NCBI GenBank assembly: GCA_964446625.1
Contig: CAYUPH010000001.1
Location: 6,283 to 70,282 of the forward strand
Direction: 5' to 3'
Source of the DNA: an uncultured Candidatus Saccharibacteria bacterium
GTDB taxonomy: Bacteria > Patescibacteriota > Minisyncoccia > Phycocordibacterales > CAIRYW01
Length of the DNA stretch: 64,000 nucleotides
Each line of letters starts with the position of its first letter. Position 1 is the stretch's first letter. The notes under the pieces were generated by a model. It had not been told where the DNA came from. It did no database searches and worked only from the letters and a program-made list of their open reading frames with translations. A program made the position numbers and the translations under genes. This document shows, one piece after another, positions 17,150-26,966 of the stretch.

Positions 17150-17344
17150 ATGAAAACCAATAAATCATATACAAAACGGCTAAAGATCACGAAAAATGGA
17201 AAACTAAAGGCTCGAAAGCCAGGTCAAAACCATTTTAATGCCAAGGAATCAAGTTCAGTAAAGCTGTCAAAAGGACGACAAGCTAATTTTGTTATCAGCC
17301 AACGAGATCGCAGGAGATTTATTACGACTGCCTCAGCTAAGTAA
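17150..17344 (+). CDS. rpmI: 50S ribosomal protein L35
   Basis: Small basic protein between infC and rplT (conserved infC-rpmI-rplT order) with an L35-like K/R pattern; start at the internal Met. Confidence 0.6.
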   Translation: MKTNKSYTKRLKITKNGKLKARKPGQNHFNAKESSSVKLSKGRQANFVISQRDRRRFITTASAK

Positions 17345-17350
17345 AAGACC

Positions 17351-17695
17351 ATGACTCGAGTAAAAAAAGGAGTAAACGCCCTCAAAACAAGGCGAAATAT
17401 TTTAAAACAAGTAAAAGGCTTCCGATTTGGAAGAAGCACAAAAGAAAGACAAGCTTACGAAGCCCTTTCTCATGCTTACTCATACGCCTTTGCTCACCGA
17501 CGAGACAAGAAAAATGATAAGAGACAGCTTTGGAATGTGAGAATTTCATCTGTTCTAAAGGCAAACGACTTCTCATACAGCAAATTTATTGGAGCTCTAA
17601 AGAAAGCAAACATTGAGCTAAACCGAAAGGTTCTCTCAGAGATTGCAGAAAAGCATCCTGAAACATTTGGACGAGTTCTTGCTAAAGTAAGATAA
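17351..17695 (+). CDS. rplT: 50S ribosomal protein L20
   Basis: MTRVKKGVNALKTRRNILKQVKGFRFGRS...YSKFIGALKKANIELNRKVLSEIA matches L20. Confidence 0.85.
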   Translation: MTRVKKGVNALKTRRNILKQVKGFRFGRSTKERQAYEALSHAYSYAFAHRRDKKNDKRQLWNVRISSVLKANDFSYSKFIGALKKANIELNRKVLSEIAEKHPETFGRVLAKVR

Positions 17696-17702
17696 ATATA
17701 AA

Positions 17703-17738
17703 AACAAAAGGCCCCGCTACGCGGGGCCTTTTGTTTTT
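17703..17738. terminator. bidirectional terminator (GGCCCCGC-tac-GCGGGGCC between an A run and a T run)
   Basis: Hairpin between the end of rplT (+) and the end of the RNase gene (-). Confidence 0.65.
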
Positions 17739-19131
17739 AAAACTCTAGTTCTATACTCTCCCCTGACTCTGGGTGGTAAGCATCAAGACCAAGGTTGTCC
17801 TTTACCTTTTGACAGAGAAAGAGTGCGGACTTTGGTTCTCCCATGACTGGAAAAACTTTCTTGAGAGTGTCTTTTGAAGTTGCAATAAATTCTACCAAGT
17901 GGTCAGAGTCCTTGTGTGACGAGTATCCATCAATTTTCTCAAGAAATGCTTTCACATGAATATCTGCGCCATAAATTCGGATATGCTTTTCTCCATCTTC
18001 GATTCTTCTTCCAAGGGTCCCGAGCGACTGGTATCCAATAAGAAGGAGTGTGCTTTTTTTGTCTCCAAGGTAGTTCGCTTCATGGTGGAGAATTCGTCCA
18101 CCGTTGGACATGCCGGATCCGGCAATAATAATCTTTGGATTTGGAATGTTTATAATTTCTTTTGAATCATCAGAAGACTCAGTAAGGCGTAGCCCTGGAA
18201 AATCAAATATGTCTTCTATTTTCATTTCGTCCCCTGCTTTCTTGTTAAAGTTTGCCGACGAGTCGCGATAGATTTCAGTCACTTTTATTGAAAGAGGTGA
18301 ATCAAGAAAAACAGGGACTCTTGGTATTTCTCCTTTTTCAATAAGCTCATTTAGTTCATACAAAATCACCTGTGTCTTTTCTAAAGAAAAAGCAGGTATA
18401 AGCAGAGCTCCTCCTCTTTTTATAGCATCCCCTACAATTCTTTTTAACTTAAATCGTCTTTCATCATTGTCTTCATGATTCCTGTCTCCATACACACTTT
18501 CAAGCACCAGGTATGTAGCACCTGTAATTGGCTCAGTATCTCGCAGAAGTGGTGTTGGGCTGTTTCCTAGATCTCCTGTAAAAACAATCTTCTTGCCGTT
18601 GTACATGATTTCGTACATAGCAGAACCCAAAATGTGCCCTGCATCTTTTACAAAGATTTTAAAACCTCCATGAAGTTCAAAAGATTCTCCATACTGAACA
18701 TCTTGCCAAAGAGTTTTCATAACCTCGATATCCACCATTTCAAAAAGATGTGGAATTCCCCTCTCTGCCTCATCTCGCATCATCAGACGCATTGAATCTT
18801 CAAGCATAATTGGAGCAAGGCGCCTTGTCTCGGGAGTTGAAAATATTTTTCCTCTAAAACCATCGCGCACTAGCTTTGGAATAAGTCCTACATGGTCAAT
18901 ATGTGCATGAGTAACAAGAAGATAGTTTATACTCGCGGGATCAAAGATAAAAGGCTTTCTGTTATAGTCCTCTGCTGTGCGAGTTCCCTGCTCCATACCA
19001 CAGTCAATAAGGAGTTTTACTTTTCTCCCCGGGTCTTCCTCAAAGTTTTCAACAAGAAAGTTTGCACCTGTTACTGTGGAAACTCCTCCGCAAAAAGTGA
19101 CTTTTAATTTTTTTGTTTTTATTTCACTCAT
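17737..19131 (-). CDS. MBL-fold beta-CASP family ribonuclease (RNase J / CPSF-like)
   Basis: HAHIDHVGLIPKL metallo-beta-lactamase motif, beta-CASP-type middle region, 464 aa. Confidence 0.65.
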   Translation of the reverse strand: MSEIKTKKLKVTFCGGVSTVTGANFLVENFEEDPGRKVKLLIDCGMEQGTRTAEDYNRKPFIFDPASINYLLVTHAHIDHVGLIPKLVRDGFRGKIFSTPETRRLAPIMLEDSMRLMMRDEAERGIPHLFEMVDIEVMKTLWQDVQYGESFELHGGFKIFVKDAGHILGSAMYEIMYNGKKIVFTGDLGNSPTPLLRDTEPITGATYLVLESVYGDRNHEDNDERRFKLKRIVGDAIKRGGALLIPAFSLEKTQVILYELNELIEKGEIPRVPVFLDSPLSIKVTEIYRDSSANFNKKAGDEMKIEDIFDFPGLRLTESSDDSKEIINIPNPKIIIAGSGMSNGGRILHHEANYLGDKKSTLLLIGYQSLGTLGRRIEDGEKHIRIYGADIHVKAFLEKIDGYSSHKDSDHLVEFIATSKDTLKKVFPVMGEPKSALFLCQKVKDNLGLDAYHPESGESIELEF

Positions 19132-19499
19132 GTTTTTTGTATGTAACGAGCTCCCATAAATGCTCCTGCACTATCTAATACTAAATCAAGAAGTGTGTCT
19201 CCGAGGTAGCCAGGATCACTAAAGTGAACCATTGCTGTACCTAGCTCAAAAAACTCCCAAAGCACTCCAACAAAAAGCGTAAAAAGAACGAGAAGGAATG
19301 TTCTTCTCTGCCCTAGAGTTTTGCCTATGAAAAGGAAAATACCAAGTGAAACAATAGCACCTCCTGCAAAGTGACTGACCGCATCCACCCAATCTGTTGT
19401 CCAATAAAGGTAGAGCTTGATTGCAATAAAATTCCAAACAAAGAGAAAAGTCGAAAGAAGAAAAAGAGGAAAAATAACTTTTTTTTGCTGTGTGAGCAT
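19128..19499 (-). CDS. small integral membrane protein (4 TM), 4-nt overlap with the downstream RNase gene
   Basis: Hydrophobic 123-aa ORF with ATGA-type overlap to 17737..19131; no recognisable motif. Confidence 0.5.
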   Translation of the reverse strand: MLTQQKKVIFPLFLLSTFLFVWNFIAIKLYLYWTTDWVDAVSHFAGGAIVSLGIFLFIGKTLGQRRTFLLVLFTLFVGVLWEFFELGTAMVHFSDPGYLGDTLLDLVLDSAGAFMGARYIQKT

Positions 19500-19749
19500 T
19501 GTCTATTTATTATACAAGTAATTTTCTTAAACAAAAAACTACTCTTTGTGAGAGTAGCTCTTTGGTAGGTTTTCGGGCTAGTATTGCTCCTAACTAAACA
19601 TTAGGTGGGTGTCCCCGACTCAGTGCCAAAGCAAAGAGAAAGTAGAACTCCCTGACAATACCAAATTAAGGCAATACACCCTAAAACCTAACATTATTGT
19701 ACCGCAAAAAAATAAAAGTAAAAGTGCGCAGACAAAAACAAAACACATT

Positions 19750-19793
19750 CGACCAGAGGTCGAATGTGTTTTGTAAAAGACCTTGAAAAATAA
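19750..19793. terminator. bidirectional terminator after ndk (ACACATTCGACC-aga-GGTCGAATGTGT with A and T runs)
   Basis: 12-bp perfect hairpin flanked by A-rich and T-rich tracts just downstream of the ndk stop. Confidence 0.6.
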
Positions 19794-19796
19794 TCT

Positions 19797-20402
19797 TTAT
19801 TCGAGAATTCCATCTAGATTTACATCATAGAGGATTGCTTCTGAAACGAGACGATAGCTTACAATCTCCTTTTCATCAAACCAAAGTGCGATTTCTTTCT
19901 TCGCATTTTCTACTTCATCTGAACAGTGAATAAGGTTTCGGACCGCTCTGTCATCAACAGCAGAGATATTGTAAGAGTCCAAAGTAAAGTCCCCTCGGAT
20001 TGTTCCAACATCACTTGTCTTTGGTTCAGTTTCACCAACGATTTTCTTTACAACAGCAACCGCTTCGTTTCCTTCAAGGACAATAGAAACAACTGGGCAA
20101 GAAGTCATAAACTTCTCAAGCGCCCTAATAATATCTTTTCCGTACTCAATTGGTTCCTTGTCGACAGGTAGCCCTGAAGCATTTCGATCGTTTACGATGT
20201 TTGTTCCTTTTTTAAGAAACCATGCATCATCTTTGTCATAATGCTTCCAGATTTTATCTTTGTCTAAAATACCAAACTTAAGACCAACAATCTTAAGTCC
20301 TGCTCTCTCAAATCTTTTTAGGATTTCACCAACAAGTCCCCTCTGGATACCGTCGGGTTTAATGATGACGAAAGTCCTCTCTTTTTTTGGGTGATTATCC
20401 AT
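19797..20402 (-). CDS. ndk: nucleoside diphosphate kinase (longer than usual, with insertions)
   Basis: ERTFVIIKPDGIQRGLVGEILKRFE N-terminus, GTIRGDF, NLIHCSD (NxxHGSD-type active-site His). Confidence 0.8.
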   Translation of the reverse strand: MDNHPKKERTFVIIKPDGIQRGLVGEILKRFERAGLKIVGLKFGILDKDKIWKHYDKDDAWFLKKGTNIVNDRNASGLPVDKEPIEYGKDIIRALEKFMTSCPVVSIVLEGNEAVAVVKKIVGETEPKTSDVGTIRGDFTLDSYNISAVDDRAVRNLIHCSDEVENAKKEIALWFDEKEIVSYRLVSEAILYDVNLDGILE

Positions 20403-20470
20403 AAAAATTAGGTTTTTTATTAAATACTAGCACCTCGAGTATACAATATTTACCTTAAAAATCAACCCTT

Positions 20471-23257
20471 TTAGAGAGGTGTCTCGAGAGAACGAGGAGG
20501 CTCGGGTGCTGGCTTTTTGTAACGCGACATAATCTCATCTTCAACAAGAAGTCGGTCTTTTCCGTAACGAAGATAAGAGAGTTCTTTAATTTTTGGTGCA
20601 ATCTCGGGCATTCCTTTTTCTGGAGGAAGGGTGTGCATGCTAAAAGGACGTAGTGGCTTTCCGTGTGAGAGTAAACGAATAAAACACTGTCTATTGTCGA
20701 GATTCATAAGGTCTGTTTCGCTAAAGACTGGCTCAAACTGTTTCTTTAGAAACTCACTATCCTCCGCTCCCACCCTAAAAGCGGCGACCGATCCGACGTT
20801 TCCAAACACAGCGTCTTTTATTTTCTCATCTAGTTGAGCAATAAATTGGTGCGCAACCGTAAGTGAAAGACCGTATTTTCGCGCTTCCGAGAGAATATCT
20901 GAAATAGAGCTTGTTGTAATATTTTGAAACTCGTCCATAAAAAGATAAAACGGTGGTAGACTTTGTCCGAATGAATCCACTCTTGAGAGAGCTGCCATCA
21001 GGATTTTGCCTACAAGAATAAGTCCGAGCAGATTAGCATTTATTTCGCCGAGGCGACCTTTCGAAAGATTTACAAGAAAAATCTTTTTGGTATCCATGAT
21101 TTCCCGGAGGTTAAAGGCAGATTCTTCTTGGAGCACGATAGTTCGCATGACATCATTTGAAAGAAAGACATCAAACTTGTTTGTAATGTACGGCACCATG
21201 TTCTGAAGCGAAGACTCCCCTCCTGCTTTTTCGGCAATCTCTCTCCAAAACTGTACAACAAGAGGGTTTTTACATGTAGAAAGTTTTTCGTTACGAAATT
21301 CTTTTGACGAAAGAACGCGCATTACCTCAAGAAGAGTGTTTCCTGACTCTGGAGAATCCATAACAAGTTGAACCGAGTTACGGAAATACTGCTCAAACAT
21401 TGGTCCTCCTGCAACTTTCATGTCAAAAAGCTTATTGAAAATAGAAAGAAGTTCGTTCACCACAAAAGTCTTTTGTTCAGGAAACGCCGGATCATACTCA
21501 AGCATATTGAGACCCATTGGTCTTGCTGAATGTCCTGGATCAAAATAAATAACATCATTTATTCTCTCTTTTGGAATAGCTGCGAGTATGTCATTTATGT
21601 CACTTCCGTGCGGATCGATAAAACACACCCCGTCCCCTGCTTTTATATCTTGAATAATCATGTTTTTAAGGAGTGTTGTCTTTCCTGTTCCTGTTTGTCC
21701 AATCACATACATATGACGGAGTCTATCTTCTGGAAGCATACGAACAACTGTTGTCGTATTTCTATCTGCATTGATTCCGAGCGTAACACCGCTTTCAGGA
21801 AGACCAACAGGCGCCGGTGCAGACGCTGAAGTAGCAACACGCAGATGAGGAGAGGACTCAATATTGTCTGGAAAGTGAACAATTGTCGTGATCTCACGAA
21901 TCGAGAGAGGAATGCTTTCAGATTTTACTGGTGCTCTGTATGAAAATGCACGAGCAAAATGAAACTTGCTTTCCCCTTCGACTTTGTGCCACTTGAATTT
22001 ATTTCCAGTTGTTTTTTCAAACTGAGAAAAAGAAACTTTAATGCTTTCAAAAATATCATGGGCTCGTTCATAGGTTTTTGCTGAAGCAACAATACGGATT
22101 GCTGCGTGACAAAGAGGAGTTGCGATTTTCTGTTTTACTTCTTCAATAAGCGCACCATTATTTTCTGGTTTTTTCTCAGAAGACGAAGTCCCTCCGGGCA
22201 TAATCATCTCTTTTGCAGCTCCGAGAAAAATATCTTTTACTGTTTTCCCAAAATAACCTGCAAAACTGTGTCTCATATCGAGAGCCTCCTTCGGTTTAAT
22301 GCCGGCTTCAAGTTTCTTTAAAGCGTCCTTATAACTCCATAGAAAGTCTCCCTTTTCAGGTTCAAGAACAATCTGAAGGGCGGCACCTTCAGTGTCTTTC
22401 TCAAGCTTTGAGAATGCATTTAAAATAATGTTCAGCGGATCGTAGTCAAAGGCATCATAGGTTTTAATGGGAAAGATAGAATTTTCGTGGAGAGTCGCGA
22501 AACCGCATACGAACTCACCTCCGTAGTTAAATATGTTGTAGTCGTCTTTTCTTTCGAAAATCTTTACATCAGGAAAAACAGAGATTATCTGTTTTTCAAA
22601 TAAATCTTTTTTTGTATCAGGAACGGACACATAAAAAGCTGTTTCCTTGTCACCCTCAGGGTTTGCGACCTCTATGGAAAAATAATTTCTATCCTCTTTT
22701 TCTCCAGTAGCACCAATTAGTCCCATATAAAACTGCTCCATCATAGTCAAAACTTCTTTAAGTGGTTTTTCCTTTTCGTCAGGTTTTTTTAATGGAAACG
22801 ATACTTCAAAAAGAGTATGCCTCAATGCTTTTTTATCAGAGACAGGAATACTTTCTGAAGAAGAGCCATACCCGCTTTTGACATACTGGACCAGAAAGCG
22901 ATGAAAATCATCTTCGAGGTGGGGGTTTTTGAAATGCGCCAAAATTGTTAGAGCGTTTTTAATACCCTTTTCTTCCAGAACCCCAAAAAGTTCTTCAATT
23001 TTTTTATCATGTGTTTCGGGGGTAAGCTCGAGGACAATTTCCTTTGCATGATTTTCCATTACCCGCTGCCCCTTTGGAATAATGTCCTCTGGAAGTGCTG
23101 CATAACTGCGAATTTCATCCCGAATAATACTATCTGTGTTTACCTCAGAAAAATTTCTGCGTGCTTTTTCTTCGCTTTGTTTCACTCGCTCTCTAAGGTA
23201 CTCTATCTCTTCCGAAGGAGAACCAAATTCTTTTTGAAGGTTTTTTTCGTTAAGCAT
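20471..23257 (-). CDS. VirD4/TraG/TraD-like coupling ATPase (FtsK/HerA superfamily) with an uncharacterised ~480-aa N-terminal domain; no TM
   Basis: Walker A GQTGTGKTT, Walker B FYLFMDEFQNI, then a TraG/TraD C-terminal-type motif (LTVAHQFIAQL). The N-terminal half has no recognisable motif. Confidence 0.65.
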   Translation of the reverse strand: MLNEKNLQKEFGSPSEEIEYLRERVKQSEEKARRNFSEVNTDSIIRDEIRSYAALPEDIIPKGQRVMENHAKEIVLELTPETHDKKIEELFGVLEEKGIKNALTILAHFKNPHLEDDFHRFLVQYVKSGYGSSSESIPVSDKKALRHTLFEVSFPLKKPDEKEKPLKEVLTMMEQFYMGLIGATGEKEDRNYFSIEVANPEGDKETAFYVSVPDTKKDLFEKQIISVFPDVKIFERKDDYNIFNYGGEFVCGFATLHENSIFPIKTYDAFDYDPLNIILNAFSKLEKDTEGAALQIVLEPEKGDFLWSYKDALKKLEAGIKPKEALDMRHSFAGYFGKTVKDIFLGAAKEMIMPGGTSSSEKKPENNGALIEEVKQKIATPLCHAAIRIVASAKTYERAHDIFESIKVSFSQFEKTTGNKFKWHKVEGESKFHFARAFSYRAPVKSESIPLSIREITTIVHFPDNIESSPHLRVATSASAPAPVGLPESGVTLGINADRNTTTVVRMLPEDRLRHMYVIGQTGTGKTTLLKNMIIQDIKAGDGVCFIDPHGSDINDILAAIPKERINDVIYFDPGHSARPMGLNMLEYDPAFPEQKTFVVNELLSIFNKLFDMKVAGGPMFEQYFRNSVQLVMDSPESGNTLLEVMRVLSSKEFRNEKLSTCKNPLVVQFWREIAEKAGGESSLQNMVPYITNKFDVFLSNDVMRTIVLQEESAFNLREIMDTKKIFLVNLSKGRLGEINANLLGLILVGKILMAALSRVDSFGQSLPPFYLFMDEFQNITTSSISDILSEARKYGLSLTVAHQFIAQLDEKIKDAVFGNVGSVAAFRVGAEDSEFLKKQFEPVFSETDLMNLDNRQCFIRLLSHGKPLRPFSMHTLPPEKGMPEIAPKIKELSYLRYGKDRLLVEDEIMSRYKKPAPEPPRSLETPL

Positions 23258-23259
23258 TT

Positions 23260-23805
23260 TTATCGCTCTAAAGGTTCAAAGGTGTTTGCAATCTTTTGAA
23301 GGAAAGCATCTTTAGCACTTTTGATTTGTCCTAAAATCTGAGAACCAACTCTGTAGCCAAAATTTTCATCGCTTTCTTCATTTTCTTTTTTTGGATTTAC
23401 AGCGTACTCATATTCTGGAAGATTGTTTTTTCTACTCATATAAACTGAGGCAACAACTTGACCGAGTGACTCACCGAGTAAATCAGCACTGCTTACAGTT
23501 TGATCTACAAAAGCAGTAACTCCTTTCCCTGTTGTTAAAATACTGTGGAATCCAATACTGAGTGCGTCTCCAAAGAGCCCACCTACTTCTATTGTCCTCT
23601 CCACTCCTAAAGAGAAAAGTGGTGAGAAAAAAGTAAGGGCTCCTTTTGGTAATTCATTGATTTTAGAATCCTTCATAAATGAATGAGAATTGTCAGAGGA
23701 AAATGCTTTTCTCTCTGCTTTAAAAGAAAAAAAAGATCTTGCACTAATAACTGTAGTGAGAAGAAAAATAAATATCAAAAATAAAGACATAAGTCTCTGT
23801 GCCAT
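23260..23805 (-). CDS. secreted hypothetical protein (signal peptide)
   Basis: N-terminal hydrophobic signal; its stop abuts the ATPase start (3-nt gap), suggesting co-transcription. Confidence 0.5.
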   Translation of the reverse strand: MAQRLMSLFLIFIFLLTTVISARSFFSFKAERKAFSSDNSHSFMKDSKINELPKGALTFFSPLFSLGVERTIEVGGLFGDALSIGFHSILTTGKGVTAFVDQTVSSADLLGESLGQVVASVYMSRKNNLPEYEYAVNPKKENEESDENFGYRVGSQILGQIKSAKDAFLQKIANTFEPLER

Positions 23806-23855
23806 AAAATAATTTTAGCACACAATTTTCGAGTTTAGTGCAAAAAAGTGGAAAA

Positions 23856-24623
23856 TTACTTTGTCATTATGACAGGACCCTTCTTTGTAATGAGCACAGT
23901 ATGCTCAAAGTGAGCACTTCGCTTTCCGTCAGCAGTAACGAAAGTATATCCATCACCAAGCATTCGAACTTTTGAAGTTCCTTCATTTAGCATTGGCTCA
24001 ATTGCAATAAGCATTCCTTCCGTGAGAACCTTTCCTTGTCCTCTCATATCAAAGTTTGGAACAAACGGATCATCATGCGGAGAAAAGCCGAGTCCGTGTC
24101 CTCCTAGATCATCCGCAACAGGAAAACCGTACTTCAGAGCCACCTTCTCCACAGCAGCGCCAATGTCTCCTGTTCGTTTTCCGAGCTTTGCAGCCTTAAT
24201 ACCAGCCATTAAAGCCTCTTTTGTAGCCTTTAAGAGGAGTTTAGCAGCGTCATCAACCTTTCCTACCGGTACTGTAATCGCAGAGTCAGTGTAAATACCC
24301 TCAAAACAAACCCCTGTGTCGAGAGACACAATATCTCCTTCTTTTAAAACTCGGGGCTTCTCGTTTGGAATCCCATGAACTACTTCGTTATTTATAGAAA
24401 TGCATGTTGCAGCAGGAAACGCTCGTCTAGCCCCACTTGGAGTGTAACCCAAAAACGCAGGCTTTGCTCCTGCTTTTTGAATTATATCCCTTGCAACCTC
24501 TTCTAGTGTCAAAGTTGAAACCCCTGGCTTTGCAAGACTTTTTAGTTTACTCAAGACAGAAACCAAAATCTGTCCGCTCTTTTTTAGAGACTTTAAATGT
24601 TTTATTTCAGTTAAAGTTGCCAT
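23856..24623 (-). CDS. map: methionine aminopeptidase type I
   Basis: Pita-bread fold motifs and the conserved position after adk. Confidence 0.9.
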   Translation of the reverse strand: MATLTEIKHLKSLKKSGQILVSVLSKLKSLAKPGVSTLTLEEVARDIIQKAGAKPAFLGYTPSGARRAFPAATCISINNEVVHGIPNEKPRVLKEGDIVSLDTGVCFEGIYTDSAITVPVGKVDDAAKLLLKATKEALMAGIKAAKLGKRTGDIGAAVEKVALKYGFPVADDLGGHGLGFSPHDDPFVPNFDMRGQGKVLTEGMLIAIEPMLNEGTSKVRMLGDGYTFVTADGKRSAHFEHTVLITKKGPVIMTK

Positions 24624-24624
24624 G

Positions 24625-25248
24625 TTAGTTTTCGAAAACTTTTGAGAGAAGTTCTCTGTGTACTTCTTCGATAGTCTGCTCTCCGTTTACTTCATGAAAA
24701 CTTACTCTCCGGTCTGTTTTGTACGCTTCTATTACTTTTGCTACAAAATTTTCGTACCAGAACATTCGTTTCGCAATTGCATCCTGTGAATCATCACTTC
24801 TTCCCTCTTTTGCTGCTCTTTTTAAAAGTTTGTCTGTTGCCCATTCTGTTGAAACAGAGAGGTAAACGACGTGAACTTTCTCAAAATCAAAAATACAGTT
24901 CTCTCCGTAAAAATGGTGGATAGTATCTAAAATTTCTTTTTCCGCGAGAGTACGAGGTGAGCCGTCGATTATCATATAACTACCTTTTGTATAGTCACGA
25001 GCTATGACAGTAGACCACATCATTGATGCAAGAAAAGAAGGAACGAAGTCTCCTCGCTCAACAATTTCTTTTACCCTCTCCCCTGTGTATGTTGGTGAAG
25101 AGATTAGTTTACGAAACTCTTCTCCAGTCGAAACATATGTAATTCCCGCTTCAGCGTTTTCTTTTCGAAGATGCTCCATAAGAAGCGAGGTTTGCGTTCC
25201 TTTTCCACATCCGCTACGTCCGAGGAAAATAAAGAGCCTCTCCTTCAT
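24625..25248 (-). CDS. adk: adenylate kinase
   Basis: P-loop GRSGCGKGTQ and the position after secY. Confidence 0.9.
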   Translation of the reverse strand: MKERLFIFLGRSGCGKGTQTSLLMEHLRKENAEAGITYVSTGEEFRKLISSPTYTGERVKEIVERGDFVPSFLASMMWSTVIARDYTKGSYMIIDGSPRTLAEKEILDTIHHFYGENCIFDFEKVHVVYLSVSTEWATDKLLKRAAKEGRSDDSQDAIAKRMFWYENFVAKVIEAYKTDRRVSFHEVNGEQTIEEVHRELLSKVFEN

Positions 25249-25249
25249 T

Positions 25250-26524
25250 TTAGTATTCTCGCATTGAGATTTGCGCGTCTATCTTTTTAACTAGATCGAT
25301 AACTACTGAAACGACGATAAGGAGAGCTGTACCACCAATTGCAAGTGAGCTTACTCCAGAGACACCTCGCATGATTTGAGGAAGTACTGCAATGAGTCCT
25401 AAAAAGACTGCGCCTACCATTGTAATTCGTGTAATAATTTTTCCAATATATTCTGCTGTTGCCATTCCTGGTCTTACTCCTGGTACGAACGCACCATTTT
25501 TTTGAAGATTATCGGCAATATTTTTTGGATCGAAAGTAACAGCTGTGTAGAAATAAGTAAAGATAAAAACGAGAAGGAAGTAGAGAGCTGCATACACCCA
25601 AGGGTTAGCAAGAAGAGTAAGGAGTGTATCTGCAATTCCTTTAAGAGCTGGAAAAGACGCGCCTGTTGAAAGAAATTGTAGGATCATTTGAGGAAACAAA
25701 AGAAGCGAAAGAGCGAAAATGATTGGAATCACTCCTGCTTGGTTTAGTCGAAGTGGAATGTAAGTTGAAATTCCTCCAAACACTCGGTTTCCTCGAACCC
25801 TCTTTGCATATGTTACTGGAACTGGTCTTTCTGCTTCTGTAATGAAAACAACTCCAAGGATCACCACAAGTGCAATAACCACGAACGCGGCGTAGAAAGG
25901 AATTTTTGATGGATCATATGAGTAGATAGACTGAGCGATTCCAGTTGGAATTGCTGCTACGATACCAGCAAAGATAATAAGTGATGTTCCGTTTCCGATA
26001 CCAAATTCGCTAATAAGTTCTCCAATCCACATAAGGAGAACTGAACCTGCAGTTGCAACAATAACACTCACCACAAGATCAAAAGAAGAAAGTGTTGAAA
26101 GTGCCCCCTGTTTCTCTAGGAGAACAATAAATCCCCACGCCTGAAGCGCAGCAAGTGGTACAGAAAGAAAACGAGTGTATTGAGAGAACTTTCTTCGTCC
26201 AATCTCCCCTTCTTCTTGATACATCTTTTTTAGATTATCAAAAACCATAGAAAGAAGCTGCATAATGATTGACGCGTTGATGTAAGGACCCACTCCAAGC
26301 ATCACAATTGATAGAGTTGAAAGTCCTCCTCCAGAAAACAGGTTGATAAGCCCAAACACTTGATTGCTTGCAAAAAATCTTGCAAGAGCTGCGCTGTCCG
26401 CGCCAGGAATAGGAATAGCAGAAAGAAGTCTAAAGAAAGCGAGCGCAAGCAAAGTAAAAATTATCCTGCGTCTCAAAGCCGGGTCCTGAAGAACCAATTT
26501 TGCTTTCTCTATAAATGTTGTCAT
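25250..26524 (-). CDS. secY: preprotein translocase subunit SecY
   Basis: 10-TM protein with SecY signature regions. Confidence 0.9.
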   Translation of the reverse strand: MTTFIEKAKLVLQDPALRRRIIFTLLALAFFRLLSAIPIPGADSAALARFFASNQVFGLINLFSGGGLSTLSIVMLGVGPYINASIIMQLLSMVFDNLKKMYQEEGEIGRRKFSQYTRFLSVPLAALQAWGFIVLLEKQGALSTLSSFDLVVSVIVATAGSVLLMWIGELISEFGIGNGTSLIIFAGIVAAIPTGIAQSIYSYDPSKIPFYAAFVVIALVVILGVVFITEAERPVPVTYAKRVRGNRVFGGISTYIPLRLNQAGVIPIIFALSLLLFPQMILQFLSTGASFPALKGIADTLLTLLANPWVYAALYFLLVFIFTYFYTAVTFDPKNIADNLQKNGAFVPGVRPGMATAEYIGKIITRITMVGAVFLGLIAVLPQIMRGVSGVSSLAIGGTALLIVVSVVIDLVKKIDAQISMREY

Positions 26525-26534
26525 AGTAACTATA

Positions 26535-26963
26535 TTATTTTACTTCTCCTCCTGAAGCAACTACCGCTTTCTTTGCAGATTCTGAAAGTTTAACTCCAGT
26601 GAAGGTAAGCTTTTTTGAAAATGATGTATCTTTTCCAGATGACACTATCTTCGCGTCTTGTCCTTTTTTGATAAGACCTTTTTCAATAAGAGTCTTAAGA
26701 GAAACTTCGTTTCCATTTTCAAATGTTTCTCCGATTTTAGAAATGTTTAGTGTTACTGCTTTTTCTCCAATTCGATTAAAAGCGTATCCTCTAAGTTTTG
26801 GAAGTTTTTTGATGATGTCTCGCATTTCAGGTCTAAGTTTTCGTCCAGCTCTCGCTTTCTGTCCTTTTGTTCCTCGTCCTGCTGTTTTTCCTCTCTTTCC
26901 TCCTCGGCCAACAGACTGAGACTTTTTGTTTTCGGTTTTTCGTTTTAGGTTATGTTTCTGCAT
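26535..26963 (-). CDS. rplO: 50S ribosomal protein L15
   Basis: GRGGKRGKTAGRGTKGQKARAG Gly/Arg-rich N-terminus typical of L15. Confidence 0.85.
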   Translation of the reverse strand: MQKHNLKRKTENKKSQSVGRGGKRGKTAGRGTKGQKARAGRKLRPEMRDIIKKLPKLRGYAFNRIGEKAVTLNISKIGETFENGNEVSLKTLIEKGLIKKGQDAKIVSSGKDTSFSKKLTFTGVKLSESAKKAVVASGGEVK

Positions 26964-26966
26964 GGC

